Of a stretch of DNA of 64,000 nucleotides, positions 1-11,684 are shown in pieces. Both the position numbers and the translations under genes were made by a program. The DNA lies in NCBI GenBank assembly GCA_951406725.2, contig OX597814.1, forward strand, positions 32,364,001 through 32,428,000, given 5' to 3'. How positions within the stretch are numbered: the first letter of the stretch is position 1; every line of letters begins with the position of its first letter. Source of the stretch: Octopus vulgaris (Eukaryota). The notes under the pieces were generated by a model. That model saw only the letters and a list, made by a program, of their open reading frames with translations. It had not been told where the DNA came from and made no database searches.

Positions 1-490
1 CTTTATCAAGCCTAGTGCTATATATAGCGTCACCTATATTTTTTATATATTCATTCATCTACCACCAATTATATCAGTAACAGAAAATGTTTGATTTAAA
101 ACAAAAATAGAAAAAATGCAAATTCCCAAATCGCTCTTCATTTTCTTTTGAGAAGTTATCATAAGGAAAATGTACAAATTAGAAACATTTTAATTACGAA
201 TATATAGTACAATATATAGTAATTCTAGTAATTTAAATACTAAAAAAGGAATTTATATGACTAAAATCAAGTCAGTTTAGTTCAACGTCATCTTTTTTTT
301 TTCCATTGTAACTGCTAGGCCTTGACACGACACACATTTTTACCCGGTTCTGTTCTTCAAATTTTTATTGCACTTCTATTTAGCAACCTTATAATTCTAT
401 ATATTTATATTTACCTCCTTTTTAAATAAAATAAAAACAACAAAGCCAAGGCTGTGTGGAGTTTTCAAGGCATTTATAAAGATCAAGTTA

Positions 491-538
491 GTCTCACAGC
501 TGTTTCTGGGATATTTGTGATATCCCTTCATCAGAGCC
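491..538 (-). ncRNA. Type I minimal hammerhead motif (degenerate, GUG at cleavage triplet)
   Basis: Minus strand: ggcu CUGAUGA A GGGAUAU-cacaa-AUAUCCC a GAAAC AGCU GUG agac, with a palindromic ACAGCUGU stem III. Confidence 0.65.
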
Positions 539-914
539 GATGTAAGATGGTTACATAGTGGGAAATATTTTGGAAAAGGAAACAAATAAGGAGTTTATAG
601 GGGAATAGATGAATGAATATAGAAATAAAAATAAAAATGTATAAAAATGTTATAGTTGCAGTTCCATTATGCAAAGAAAGAGGTTTGTAGAAGTGTTAGA
701 AATGCCACAGACAGGAAGCATTTCTACAACTTCTACAAACCACTTTCCTCGGATAATGGAACTGCTAGCATAACATCTTTATACATCTTTAAATTTTTAT
801 TTCTACATTCATTCTCCTATTTGCTCCTTATTTGCTCCTATATACTCCTTATTTGCTTCCTTTTCCCAAATAACTCATCACCCTGAATTCTAATCTACTT
901 AACAATCTCACATA

Positions 915-962
915 GTGTCTAATGAAGGGGTAGCCCAAATATCCCCGAAACAGCTGTAGTAC
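915..962 (+). ncRNA. Type I minimal hammerhead motif (degenerate core CUAAUGA)
   Basis: gugu CUAAUGA A GGGG...CCCC GAAAC AGCU GUA guac; partner of the 491-538 copy. Confidence 0.6.
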
Positions 963-1116
963 TAACTTTCTCTTTATAAATGTCCTGAAATTTCCACACA
1001 CCCTTGGCTTTGTTGTCCCATTGTATTTAACATATAAATTATACATGCTCATACAAGACCCGCATAGCGCTTACATAGCGTTACCTGCCAACTTGGGTCT
1101 TCTGGATGCCAATACC

Positions 1117-1165
<49 letters not shown>

Positions 1166-1209
1166 TGTGTGTATGTATGTATGTATATATATATATATAT
1201 GTGTGTATG

Positions 1210-1249
<40 letters not shown>

Positions 1250-1349
1250 TACATGTATATGTATATATATATATGGAGAGAGAGAGCTAGAGCGAGAGCG
1301 AGAGGGAGATAGATAGGTAGATAGATACAGAGATATTACTCTTTCTCTT

Positions 1350-1761
1350 TTTTCTTTACTCTTTTTACTTGTTTCAGTCATTTGACTGCGGCCATGCTGG
1401 AGCACCGCCTTTAATCGAGCAAATCGACCCCGGGACTTATTCTTTGTAAGCCCAGTACTTATTCTATCGGTCTCTTTTGCCGAACCGCTAAGTGACGGGG
1501 ACGTAAACACACCAGCATCGGTTTTCAAGCAATGCTAGGGGAACAAACACAGACACACAAACATATTCACACACATTTATATATATATACATATATACGA
1601 CAGGCTTCTTTCAGTTTCCGTCTGCCAAATCCACTCACAAGGCATTGGTCGGCCCGGGGCTATAGCAGAAGACACTTGTCCAAGATGCCACGCAGTGGGA
1701 CTGAACCCGGAACCATGTGGTTGGTTAGCAAGCTACTTACCAAACAGCCACTCCTGCGCCT
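1350..1761 (-). mobile_element. tRNA-derived SINE family A (CORE-like domain, internal TA/TG microsatellite, CR1-like 3' tail), full length
   Basis: Minus strand: ggcgcaggagtggctg...ggttcagtccc (A/B-box-like head), ggcatcttggacaagtgtctt (CORE-like), tail ggtgctccagcatggccgcagtcaaatgactgaaacaagtaaaaag. More than 10 copies in the window. Confidence 0.9.
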
Positions 1762-1774
1762 ATATATATAAATA

Positions 1775-1944
1775 AAGTTTGATAAGGCTGGTTTATTGGA
1801 TTACCCTGGATTTCACGTCCATAAACCGCTTAACTAGAGACGCCTTAAGCCAACAGGTTTTGAGATCTGATGACACGGTGTAAAGCTAAGCGCTTGATGG
1901 ACGTGAAAACCAGGGTGATCTCATAAACCGGCCTTATCTAACTT
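1775..1944. mobile_element. Fold-back repeat with ~60-bp arms containing a type I hammerhead-like motif at 1856-1929 (+)
   Basis: aagtttgataaggctggtttattggattaccctggatttcacgtccat...gctta is inverted against taagc...atggacgtgaaaaccagggtgatctcataaaccggccttatctaactt. Motif: ugagau CUGAUGA c acg...cgu GAAA acc-ag-gGUG aucuca; the other arm retains GUA. Confidence 0.7.
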
Positions 1945-2066
1945 AATATTATATAGTGCTCTATAACTTAGAGTGTGCATCACTTTCGGATTTGTTTTAC
2001 CGACGTGAATCGTTGGTAGTTTTTTTCCTCCGTCTTCCCTTTCCCTTGGACTTTTTTCTATTTCCA

Positions 2067-2101
2067 GCTTCTGAAGAAGGGCATTGCTCGAAACGTAAAA
2101 C
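2067..2101 (+). ncRNA. Minimal type I hammerhead (no stem III loop, dimer type) in a short repeat (~1990-2210)
   Basis: CUGAAGA A GGGC-auu-GCUC GAAAC GUA aaa; the same family recurs at 54724-54758. Confidence 0.7.
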
Positions 2102-2216
2102 CTACTTTCTTTCCTTCCCTGAGCGTCTGCTAATACTACGTAGTCGCGTTTTTGTTTTCATTTGTGTTCGTTTTTTGTATTGTTTTTTTTTTGGGTGGGG
2201 GGCGGTTTAGTGTGTG

Positions 2217-2280
<64 letters not shown>

Positions 2281-2349
2281 GCAAAGCATTTTGATGTGAA
2301 TTCCATGCTATTGAAAGTTTCAGAGCCCCGTGGAAATTCGAATTTCAAT

Positions 2350-2915
2350 TCCGAAGGTAAATAATTGTATTCCTTAGAGATAACCTCTTGCTAACTCTAC
2401 ACCCAGCATGGTTTTCAACCAATCAGAAGCTACCTGACAGAGCTCTTACGATACTGGGCGTCAAAGCAGCTGCTCAACCGCACAAACTTGGACATAGTAA
2501 ATCTCGACTTTGGTAAAATCCTTTGGTAAAATCCTTTGGTAAAAGCCTTTGGTAAAAGCCTTTGGTAAAAGCCTTTGGTAAAAGCCTTTGGTAAAAGCCT
2601 TTGGTAAAAGCCTTTGGTAAAAGCCTTTGGTAAAAGCCTTTGGTAAAAGCCTTTGGTAAAATTGAATAATTAGTCACAAGCTACATGACCTCGGCATAGT
2701 CGAGAAAATTTGGAAAGTGGCTACATGACTTTCTAAAAGATAGAAACCAGGTAATAATAGCCAACGGTGTTACTTCGAAGAAAACGCAAATTATAAATGG
2801 TATTCCACAGGACACTGTCTTGGACACTGCTACTCAAAGTGGACGCAAAATACAGGTGGCCTCAACAATAACATGCATTTTAATGTTGCAAACTTCCAAG
2901 CCATGAGCAACAAGC
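2350..2915 (+). pseudogene. Decayed CR1/L2-type LINE reverse transcriptase fragment
   Basis: Broken frames give QHGFQPIRSYLTELL, DIVNLDFGK(AFGK), KWLHDFLKDRNQ...NGIPQDTVL and NNMHFNVANFQAM, matching RT motifs QHGF, LDFxKAFDK and GVPQGTVLG. Confidence 0.8.
2508..2661 (+). repeat. 13-bp minisatellite (ctttggtaaaagc), ~11.8 copies
   Basis: Directly visible tandem array; the first two units read ctttggtaaaatc. Confidence 0.95.
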
Positions 2916-3043
2916 ACGAAAATTTCGCTTCTATGGCGGACATTTTACCTTTACGTTTTAATCACCAAAACATAGTACGTGTGTGTGTGTGTATGTGTGT
3001 GTATGTGTGTGTATGTGTGTGTGTGTGCGTGTATGTGTCTTCA

Positions 3044-3078
<35 letters not shown>

Positions 3079-3744
3079 TTGTGTGTATGTGCGTGCGCGT
3101 TTTCGTCATAACAATTACATAAACTGTTGAAAAGGACATGAAATAATTCTTTATTTGAACTAATCTCGAAGCAAACATAAAACTATACAGGGAAAGGATA
3201 GCCAGACATTTAACATTTTCACTTATTAGCAGTCATCAGACAGTGGTTTCGTGTTTCTTTCTTTTCTTTCTTAGCCTTATATAGTTTTTGACGGTTTGTT
3301 CCCTTGGTGGGTGGAGCAAGAAAATCATATGTAGTGTAGATGAATTTCTAGGCGAAAAGGAATTATTGTATGCGACATGGATTGGAAAAGACAGGAGGAA
3401 AAGTAAAGTGTATGCGGAGAGAAAGATAGTGATGGTAGTTTTGCTGGTCAGATAAAGAATAATTGCTATTTGTGGTGGGGTCAGTTTGGCACATATGTAA
3501 AAATGCTTTTAGAAATAATCTTGTAAAACGCATCATGTGGCAGGTATGTGATAGTCAGGTCACAATCTGTATTTGCTGAAGATTTTCTTATGATTAATCA
3601 CTGCTCTTTAGATATAGGATGGCTTTTGTAATATTATGGGGTTCATATAAAAAAAAAGTCTCTAGATAAAACCAGATCGTTTTGTAATAAGGTTTACGAG
3701 AGAGAACTCCAGAAAAGATGTCTTCAACATTCCTTCCTTCTCAA

Positions 3745-3947
3745 GCAATGGCGGAGGGACAAACAGACACACATATAAATACACACACACGCACACGCAC
3801 GCTCGCACGCACACATATACGACGGGCTTTCAGTTTCCGTCGGCTCGAAGGCTATTGTAGTTGACACTTGCCCAAAGTGTCACGCAGTGGGACTGAACGC
3901 GGAACCATGTGGTTGGGAGGTAAGCTTCTTACTACACACCCACGCCT
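3745..3947 (-). mobile_element. SINE family A, internally deleted copy
   Basis: Contains gacacttgcccaaagtgtcacgcagtgggactgaacgcggaaccatgtggttgg. Confidence 0.8.
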
Positions 3948-4823
3948 CTAGATTCGATGAAATAAATACCAGTGACAGACTATGAAAAATATTTTCTTAA
4001 TCAAAAATAGCTTTCAGAATAGATTTTGGGTAAGCGTTGTTTGTCATGTAACAATCAATACGATTCTTGGCTATCAGACAAAATTCGAGCCACCAAAAAT
4101 TTCAGCCTTTGAGGATTAGGTAATAATTTGGCATTTTAAGATCATTAAGTATTTCATAACTTTAGGGCCATTACATCTTCTATCAATTAATTATGAGGTG
4201 AAATTCAGACCCATAGCACTAGACTCATTACATTTGAGACATGACTTTAGTTTCATTCATAAAGAGACTAGACTTCATAAAAAAAAAAGCTATTTCACTA
4301 ACTATCATATATTCACACATCACCATGTTATAGTCACTGGTTCAACTGATCTGTCCCTCTCTCTCACACACACACACTTTTCACTCTCTACTTATTTTAA
4401 TCTATTCTTCTGTACTGCCACGCTGCATAGCTTCTCCTCCAAAGGCTACCATCGACTCTATGAACCAACTCATCTTTATACTGTTTCATCCTTCATATAC
4501 CGTACGAAATAATTCATCTATTCCCCAGATTTCCAACCGTCTTAAATTCCATCTAACCTACCTTACGTACATTTGCATACTTTTTCCGTCATTGAGATAG
4601 AACTTTTCATTCCATCAACCTGAACTTTCTCACTCATAACGCTTGTATGTTCTGAAAATGTAACTTTCCCAAATAAAACGCATTTCATATTCAAGGCTCT
4701 GATAAAGCTAAAGATGATATCCTGGTACACAGCATTGGGTGCACAAAATCTTATCGCATAAAACAGATATTGTAATCTAATGAAGTTTATTACATAGCAT
4801 TTGGTTTTTCCAGTGTCATCTCG

Positions 4824-4883
<60 letters not shown>

Positions 4884-5044
4884 TGAGAGGTATTGGTGTA
4901 AAAAAAAAACACCCAAAAGGTGTCAGGTAACGCTAAGTAAATGCTATGGACAGGCCATGGATAAGCTACGGGTTTGATAATGATACGAATTAGGGATCCA
5001 ATATGGGTCATGTATTAGCATGCATATATATATATATATATAAA

Positions 5045-5229
5045 ATTGACAGAATGAGATAAAAAAAATCCAAGGCTGTAAATAGTTTTCAGAACATTTA
5101 TAAAGAAAAGGTCTTACAGCACTTTCCAGGATCTATAAAATATCCCAGAAACAGCTGTAAGACTTTCTTTATAAATGTGCTAAAACTATATAACTATATA
5201 CGGCTTTGGATATTTTTATCTCATACTGT

Positions 5230-5233
<4 letters not shown>
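5045..5233. mobile_element. ~190-bp fold-back centred on the hammerhead stem II, related to 437-1016
   Basis: attgacagaatgagataaaa...gtcttacagc is inverted against gctgtaagact...ttatctcatactgtcaat. Centre reads ggatctataaaatatcccaGAAACAGCTGTA. Flanked by (TA)n. Confidence 0.75.
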
Positions 5234-5291
<58 letters not shown>

Positions 5292-5388
5292 CTGGAAGCT
5301 TTATGAAAATAAACAAAAAACGAAGGCAGGTGGAGTACAAACAAACAATTGTATTAGTATGGCGCTCAGGAATATAAATAAAACAAGT

Positions 5389-5424
5389 CTTTTACGTTTC
5401 GAGCCTACGCTCTTCAACAGATAG
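5389..5424 (-). ncRNA. Minimal hammerhead variant with CUGUUGA core, in a ~170-bp repeat (5290-5460) inside (TA)n
   Basis: CUGUUGA A GAGC-guag-GCUC GAAAC GUA aaag. Confidence 0.6.
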
Positions 5425-5457
5425 ATACACAGAAAAGAAACAAGGAGAGAAAAAAAA

Positions 5458-5496
<39 letters not shown>

Positions 5497-5535
5497 TATA
5501 CATACATACACACATACATACATACACGCATACAT

Positions 5536-5585
<50 letters not shown>

Positions 5586-6073
5586 TTGTCACATTTTATC
5601 AGATGATAGCCCGTTCACATCGAAACTGATTGTTCAGATTTTCTTTCACTCTTGCATGTGCGTGGATACGACTTTTCATTATTCATCCATCGCCTGAGAA
5701 TTTTATGAAATGAAAAACGGACCAAGAAATGAAATGGTAGTATGACATTTATTTGCATTTTCCTTTTCTTTATTTTAATTTTTACTTGTTTCAGTCATTT
5801 GACTGCAGCCGTCATTGGATTTAAATGACAAAATCCAGTTCAGCAATTTTACCATTCTCCGTCGCTATGGTATGTTCGAAGGACGAGGGGTGGAAGATGA
5901 CTGGTACTGTTTTGATTGCAATTTTTATGCCTGCTTCAAGAGCTGACTTCCTCACGGCTTTTGTCAAAGACAATGAAAGAGCTTCTACGCAGTCGCTTAA
6001 CCTCCTAGAAACGGCAACTAGAGATCAGAGAGAGGGAATGACGAGAGAAAATATAGATGAAGAAGGAGAAGAC

Positions 6074-6162
6074 GAAGAAGAAGAAGAAGAAGAAGAAGAA
6101 GAAGAAGAAGAAGAAGAAGAAGAAGAAGAAGAAGAAGAAGAAGAAGAAGACAGAGGTGTTGT

Positions 6163-6192
<30 letters not shown>
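6074..6192 (+). repeat. (GAA)n followed by (GAT)n microsatellites
   Basis: Directly visible; explains the poly-E/poly-D ORF 5825-6220. Confidence 0.95.
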
Positions 6193-6193
<1 letters not shown>

Positions 6194-6449
6194 GGAGGAG
6201 AAGCTGATAAACTAGCCTGACAAAAAATAGTACGAATAACGAAGACAAGAAGAAAATAGAGTAAAAATTATGCAGAGGAGAAACAGAAGCAGAAGTGGAG
6301 AAGAAAAAATAGGAAAATAAGAGAAGAGTTAAATCGGTGTCAAATATTAACACAGAACATAATGAAAGCGAGTGGTAAAGTCGTGGTGTGTTTGAGTGGT
6401 GAGATGTGGGGAGTTTAAAAGCTTATACTGATGCTAACATATAGCAATT

Positions 6450-6555
6450 AGGCGCAGGCGTGGCTGTGTGGTAAGAAGCTTGCTTCCCAACCACGTGGTT
6501 CCGAATTCGGTCCCACTGCGGTCCCACTGCGTGGACACGTTGGGCAAGAGTCTTT
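6450..6555 (+). mobile_element. SINE family A 5' head; a 3' part resumes at ~7270-7555
   Basis: ggcgcaggcgtggctgtgtggtaagaagcttgc...gggcaagagtctttt; continuation tgtcttttactattgcctcggg...ccgatagaataagtacc at 7275-7510. Confidence 0.75.
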
Positions 6556-7361
6556 TACTCCACCTCCCGTCACAAAGGGGAAAAAAGAAGAAAAAGAAAA
6601 ACGGCGTATTGCCGGTGACGGCACGTCCCGAAACCACTTTGGTGGGATATGTGCCACCGGAGAGGGAGAAGAAGGAAACTGTCAGTGGGATGTGTGCCAC
6701 CGAGCGAGGTGGTTGTGGTCCCTTTCAATGAAAGTGATGAGGAATTTGTATTCCTCTATCGCAGGGGAGGGGCGATTGAGGAGTATGTGGAAAATAATCT
6801 TGATAGTCAGGTTCTGATGGACCCGATTTTTATTGACAGTCCAGAGTGGCCTTCGCCTGCACTGGTGCTGGAAAGAAAAGATATTTTTCCACAGATCAAG
6901 ATCCTTCTCAAAGGAGGACTACAGATTACTTTTTTTGGCTCCGATTGGTGGCTGCAGAAATATCTGCAGGCCGCAAAAATGTTAATTGAGGGAGTAATGT
7001 AAGAGATTTATCGCCTCCATATGTATAAAATTTGTTTCCTTTTTGATGGACTTCTAGTCCAATTTTTTGTATATATTTGTAAGAGGTTTAATACCTCTAT
7101 ATATGTTGTTTTTAAAAAATAATGTTTTAGAGAAGCAGAGGGTCGGCGGGCGCTTTCCGTCTTCTCTCATCTTTATCATCTTGTATTATTATCATTCGCC
7201 TTATTAATGTCTTGTCCAACCCGCAAAGCTACATATCTGTGTACTGCCTTTATGGCAAATGATATAAAATAAAGTGTCTTTTACTATTGCCTCGGGTTGA
7301 CAAATGTCTTGTGAGTGGATTTGGTAGACGGAAACTGGAAAAAGACCTTCGTGTATATATA

Positions 7362-7404
<43 letters not shown>

Positions 7405-7694
7405 TTGTGTCTGTTTGTTCCCCACCAGCGCTTGACAACCGGAGTTGGTATATTTACGTTCCTGTATATTAGCGGTTGGTGAAAGAGACCGATAGAATAA
7501 GTACCAGGCATAGCAAAAAAAAAAAATGTACTTTGGTCGATTTATTCGATCAAAAATTCTTTCAAAAATTGAAAATAATATATAACAATTACTATGGTGG
7601 CCAGCTGGTAAAATCGCCACCGCGCCGGGAAAATCGCTTAACGGCATTTCGTCCGCCTTTACTGTCTTAATTCAAGTAAAGGCGAGATCAACTT

Positions 7695-8020
7695 TGACAT
7701 GGCAGACACCCACAAATTTATCCACCATCTTTCCATCAACAACCTTGGGCACCTTTTTGAATTCCATACTTCTAACACTCATGGACATGCTTACAAAATC
7801 AGAACACAACACAACATCCATAACTTTCGGAAATATATTTTTTTCATGCTCAGAATTACTGAAGTATGTAAGAAACTACGTGCATCAGTTGATAGCTGTT
7901 GTGACACAACATCCTTCAAAACTTCCATGCTTCCTGAAATTTGCCAATATACCTGATGCCCCCACCCGTTTTATTGTTATTGTTGTATACAATCATTTCA
8001 CTAAATATTACATTCCCTCC
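7695..8020 (+). pseudogene. CR1-like LINE ORF2 C-terminal fragment, interrupting a diverged family B SINE (7598-7700, 8025-8110)
   Basis: ORF 7699-7956 SNTHGHAYKI...RKYIFFMLRITEVCKKLRASV...SFK resembles the CR1 motif TRGHxxKL...RxxFFSxRVVxxWNxLP...FK. Confidence 0.75.
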
Positions 8021-8788
8021 TTTTGCACCAGTTGAGCACTGGCTTCAACGAAATCTACTTAACTCCTTTCACAATAATTGCTGGCTTTGTGCCAAAACTT
8101 GAAACCAATCTATAAGAATCAGAAGACGGCAAGCTGGCAGAATCGCTACCGCACCGGACAAAATTGCTTAGAGGCGAACATCTTTAACCAAACAGCAATC
8201 CAGGCAAATATTCCTGTTTCAATGTAATATGTTAACGTCTTCTTTTGGAGATGTGTGTATTTATTAACACGTGTATGTGGGGCGATCTCTGTTAAAGTCT
8301 CCGTATATGGAGAGATGAATGTCATTATATGATCGCTTGTGCGCGCCCGGATATACACATCAGTATGAGTATGTGTGTGTGTGTGTGTGTATATATGTAT
8401 GTATGTATGCATATATCTGTATATGATCATATGGTTAGTGTTTACGTACAAACATACAAACACATGCATATATGCCTACACACACACCCACACACACAAA
8501 CAAATTGCATATGAATAGGTAGGTAGTGAGATATAGAAATTCATTTAAATCGATGCGGTGTATGTGCGTCTGCGTGCTCGTGTGTAGGTGCGTGAGTGTG
8601 TGCACGAGCTAATGTGTGTGCATAAGTATTTGTAAGAATATATGCATGTGTATTTGTGTATGTGTATGAATTTGCTTTGGTGTGTTCGTGTGCAATATAT
8701 ATTGTTTGTTGTCTGCGAATTTGGCTATTTTAATTTTGTATTAGCACACGCACATATACTCACTCTCACACACACACACACACACACA

Positions 8789-8827
<39 letters not shown>

Positions 8828-8912
8828 AGAAAACACATACAACACACACACAGAAAACGCACACAAACACACACAAGCACATAGATATATATGTGTGCGT
8901 TTGTACACATAC

Positions 8913-9153
8913 TTAACCGACATGTTTTTCTTCCGGAAACCGGAAGGCGTTGAAGGTAGAAACTCCGAATGATCGGTGTGGATGGCTAGTCGTAAAGGTT
9001 GGTGTTGGCTGTGCAACATATCCGGACAGTATGTTGCAACAGCCTCGTAAACATGCATAATGTAGCTGTACACCTGCTGATTATTTGTCTCTCTTAGACG
9101 CTCTCACATTACTTTCACCTCCATATCTCCATCACCACGCGGCCATTTCCACG
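8913..9153 (-). CDS. Candidate host exon (unique sequence; possible 5' UTR plus ATG at 9058), product unknown
   Basis: Acceptor-like ttgtctggttttatag at 9154, donor-like AA|GTATGT at 8912, open frame MHVYEAVATYCPDMLHSQHQPLRLAIHTDHSEFLPSTPSGFRKKNMS. No family recognised. Confidence 0.3.
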
Positions 9154-9745
9154 CTATAAAACCAGACAATGCAACACCACGCGAGCCGATGCGCACTCGT
9201 CTGAGTGGTCGGCAGACGTGCAAGAAATAGCAGCCATCTCAACGTTAAATCTTATCCTCCAGTCTCATAAAATCATACATTAAGTAAATGAGGTTCTGTG
9301 TTCTATGGCTATTGGACAAAAAGAGTAATGAATAAAAATTAAATGGGGTGGTCACCCTTGCAATGCTTTTGATCATAGATCCGCTCTAGCAGGGCTTATA
9401 TGAGTCAAAATAACGACAATGATGATGGATACATCTATCTTAGCACACCATCACACTATAACATCTACAATACAAGACAAAAACACGAAACCACCCTACA
9501 TCAATGACCTCACTTTACAAAACTTCACAACGACCCTACAGAGCACAAGTAACACAGAACTTAATGTTTTAACAGCATCACAAAGCCGTACCAGTAATAT
9601 CACATTACCATATAGACTACACAGCACACCACCATTTCCTTACTGACACCCAGTTGCAGCAACGCACCACACACAACTAGACCCCAGTACAACTCAATAC
9701 TATCACACCATCACGCAATTTCAGTTCTAGGGTTGTCACCTTCAG

Positions 9746-10300
9746 CAAGAGGCATAGCCAAGTTCTAAAGTTGGTGGGGGAGACATAAAAAAGAGGCACC
9801 GTGACTTAAGCCAAACAATTTTAAGCTCATTTCCTTTATATTACTCGAAACGTTTCATTAATTATAATATACGTAATTATATTTTGCATTCATTAATTTC
9901 TATTTCTTTACTACCCACAAGGGGCTAAACACAGAGAGGACAAACAAGGACAGACACACGGATTAAGTCGATTATATCGACTCCAGTGCGTAACTGGTAC
10001 TTATTTAATCGACCCCGAAAGGATGAAAGGCAAAGTCGACCTCGGCGGAATTTGAACTCAGAACGTAACGGCAGACGAAATACCGCTAGGCATTTCGCCC
10101 GGCGTACTAACGTTTCTGCCAGCTCGCCGCCTTAGTAGTCATTAATTTCATGTTTCAGTAACAATGTCATTATGTATGAAACTTACAACTACTGATATAG
10201 ATAAGGAGAGTTTTTTAAAATGGTGAACAGGCGCCAATTATGAAAAATGTGCTCGTGGGGCGCGGTCACTCCTCTTGCTCCCTTATTAGCTACGTAACTG
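9746..10300. mobile_element. Possible decayed hAT-like MITE with a nested SINE
   Basis: Ends caagaggcatagc and agctacgtaactg resemble CAGTGGCGTAGC-type TIRs; the match is weak. Confidence 0.35.
9901..10133 (-). mobile_element. tRNA-derived SINE family B (Meta/MESC-like central domain), full length
   Basis: Minus strand: ggcggcgagctggcagaaacgttag...gagttcaaattcc...gcctttcatcctttcggggtcgattaaataagtaccag...gtgggtagtaaagaaata. Flanking repeat tcattaatttc at 9890-9900 and 10139-10149. Confidence 0.9.
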
Positions 10301-10439
10301 CTTTCACCATATCATATATGTCACTTTTATGCGCCGCCTTATCAGTTCGGGCCCCCAAACTTACATTTCTTCAAGATCATTACTCATCATCAGAACAACC
10401 CTCACCTCAACTACTACACCCTATCCCTAACATCATCGC

Positions 10440-10489
10440 TACTACTACTACTACTGCTACTACTACTACTACTACAACTACTACTACTA

Positions 10490-10539
<50 letters not shown>

Positions 10540-10685
10540 ACTACAACAACTTTTGCTCTGCCGCAAAAGGAAAAAAAACATAACAATTAATACCACTACC
10601 ATCGTAGCTCAGTAACAAGCAACCATTGCCATTAGCTTCTACTTCGTCCATTCTTTCAGCAACAACAAAAACAACACTAAACACA

Positions 10686-10723
<38 letters not shown>

Positions 10724-11065
10724 AGCTATTGTTGATACTACTATAACTACTACTACTACTATTACTACTACTACAACTTTTACTTTACGACGATGATGAT
10801 AGTCACTGCTACTTCTACTACTATTACTACTACTGCTACTACTACTATTACTTTAAATCAATGATTATGAGTATCATCATCACCGACCAAGATCAAGGTG
10901 GTTTTGACCATCACACTCAGCATTATCGTTAGAATCGTAAACTTCATCGTCGCAATCACCATCACCATTATTATTAGTAGCAGCAGTAGTATCCTGAGCA
11001 TCATAAATATTACCATCATCGTCGTCATCATCATCATCATCTTCGTCACCATCACCACCATCATG
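10440..11065 (+). repeat. Compound (ACT)n/(GCT)n/(CAT)n trinucleotide tracts
   Basis: Directly visible; explains the poly-T/A/S/I ORFs. Confidence 0.85.
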
Positions 11066-11479
11066 TCGCCGTGGTTACCTATTCAAAAGGTTAATATCGA
11101 CTATTTGTATATTGTCACACTATTATCTCCCTTCTTCCATTAACGTAAGTGCATGCTCGCACTTACGTATGTATATGTATATACACAGGCGATATATATC
11201 TGTATGTCACGAGCAAGAAAGTGTTTGCCTGTGTTACCATGGATAATTGAATATACTAATTATGTATTTATTTATATTACAAACGTGCGAGCGAAGCTGA
11301 CAGAGGAATCCGAGCGCGAAGTTTCTAATTATACTTGGTGAATTATCAATTTGAAAATGTAAATTATAAATTCGTCATCTTACTAAATAATTTTTTTCTT
11401 ATTTCTTATTAGTGTATATGTGTATGTATTTGTGTGTATGAGCATTTGTGTGCGTGCGTGCTTGTATGAAATCTTAACA

Positions 11480-11648
11480 TACGCAGGAGTGGGTGTGTAG
11501 TAAGTAGCTTGCTAACCAACCACATGATTCCAGGTTCAGTCCCACTGCGTGGCATCTTGGGCAAATGTCTTCTATTATAGCCTCGGACCGACCAAAGCCT
11601 TGTGAGTGGATTTGGTAGACGGAAACTGAAAGAAGGCCGTCGTTTATA

Positions 11649-11684
<36 letters not shown>

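Larger units (their letters stand above)
437..1016. mobile_element. ~580-bp imperfect fold-back: two inverted copies of a hammerhead-bearing repeat (Penelope-like pLTR-type inversion)
   Basis: Left arm caacaaagccaaggctgtgtggag...ttagaaatgc (438-705) is the approximate reverse complement of gcatttctac...cccttggctttgttg (718-1015), around a 12-nt loop at 706-717. Each arm carries an HHR motif. Assignment to Penelope-like elements is inference. Confidence 0.75.

Noticed and set aside
5598-5640. CAGAUGA...GAAAC...GUU hammerhead-like string
   Set aside because: The core is mutated, stems are unconvincing and there is only one copy.
5825-6220. Acidic protein ORF, and a WYCFDC zinc-finger-like peptide in another frame
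   Set aside because: The acidic tract is a GAA/GAT microsatellite. The other frame stops immediately and looks more like a LINE endonuclease relic (IQFSNFTILRR).
9094-9153. In-frame TGA upstream of the candidate exon ORF as selenocysteine or readthrough
   Set aside because: No homology, no visible SECIS, and the other frames also stop; a UTR or non-coding sequence is simpler.
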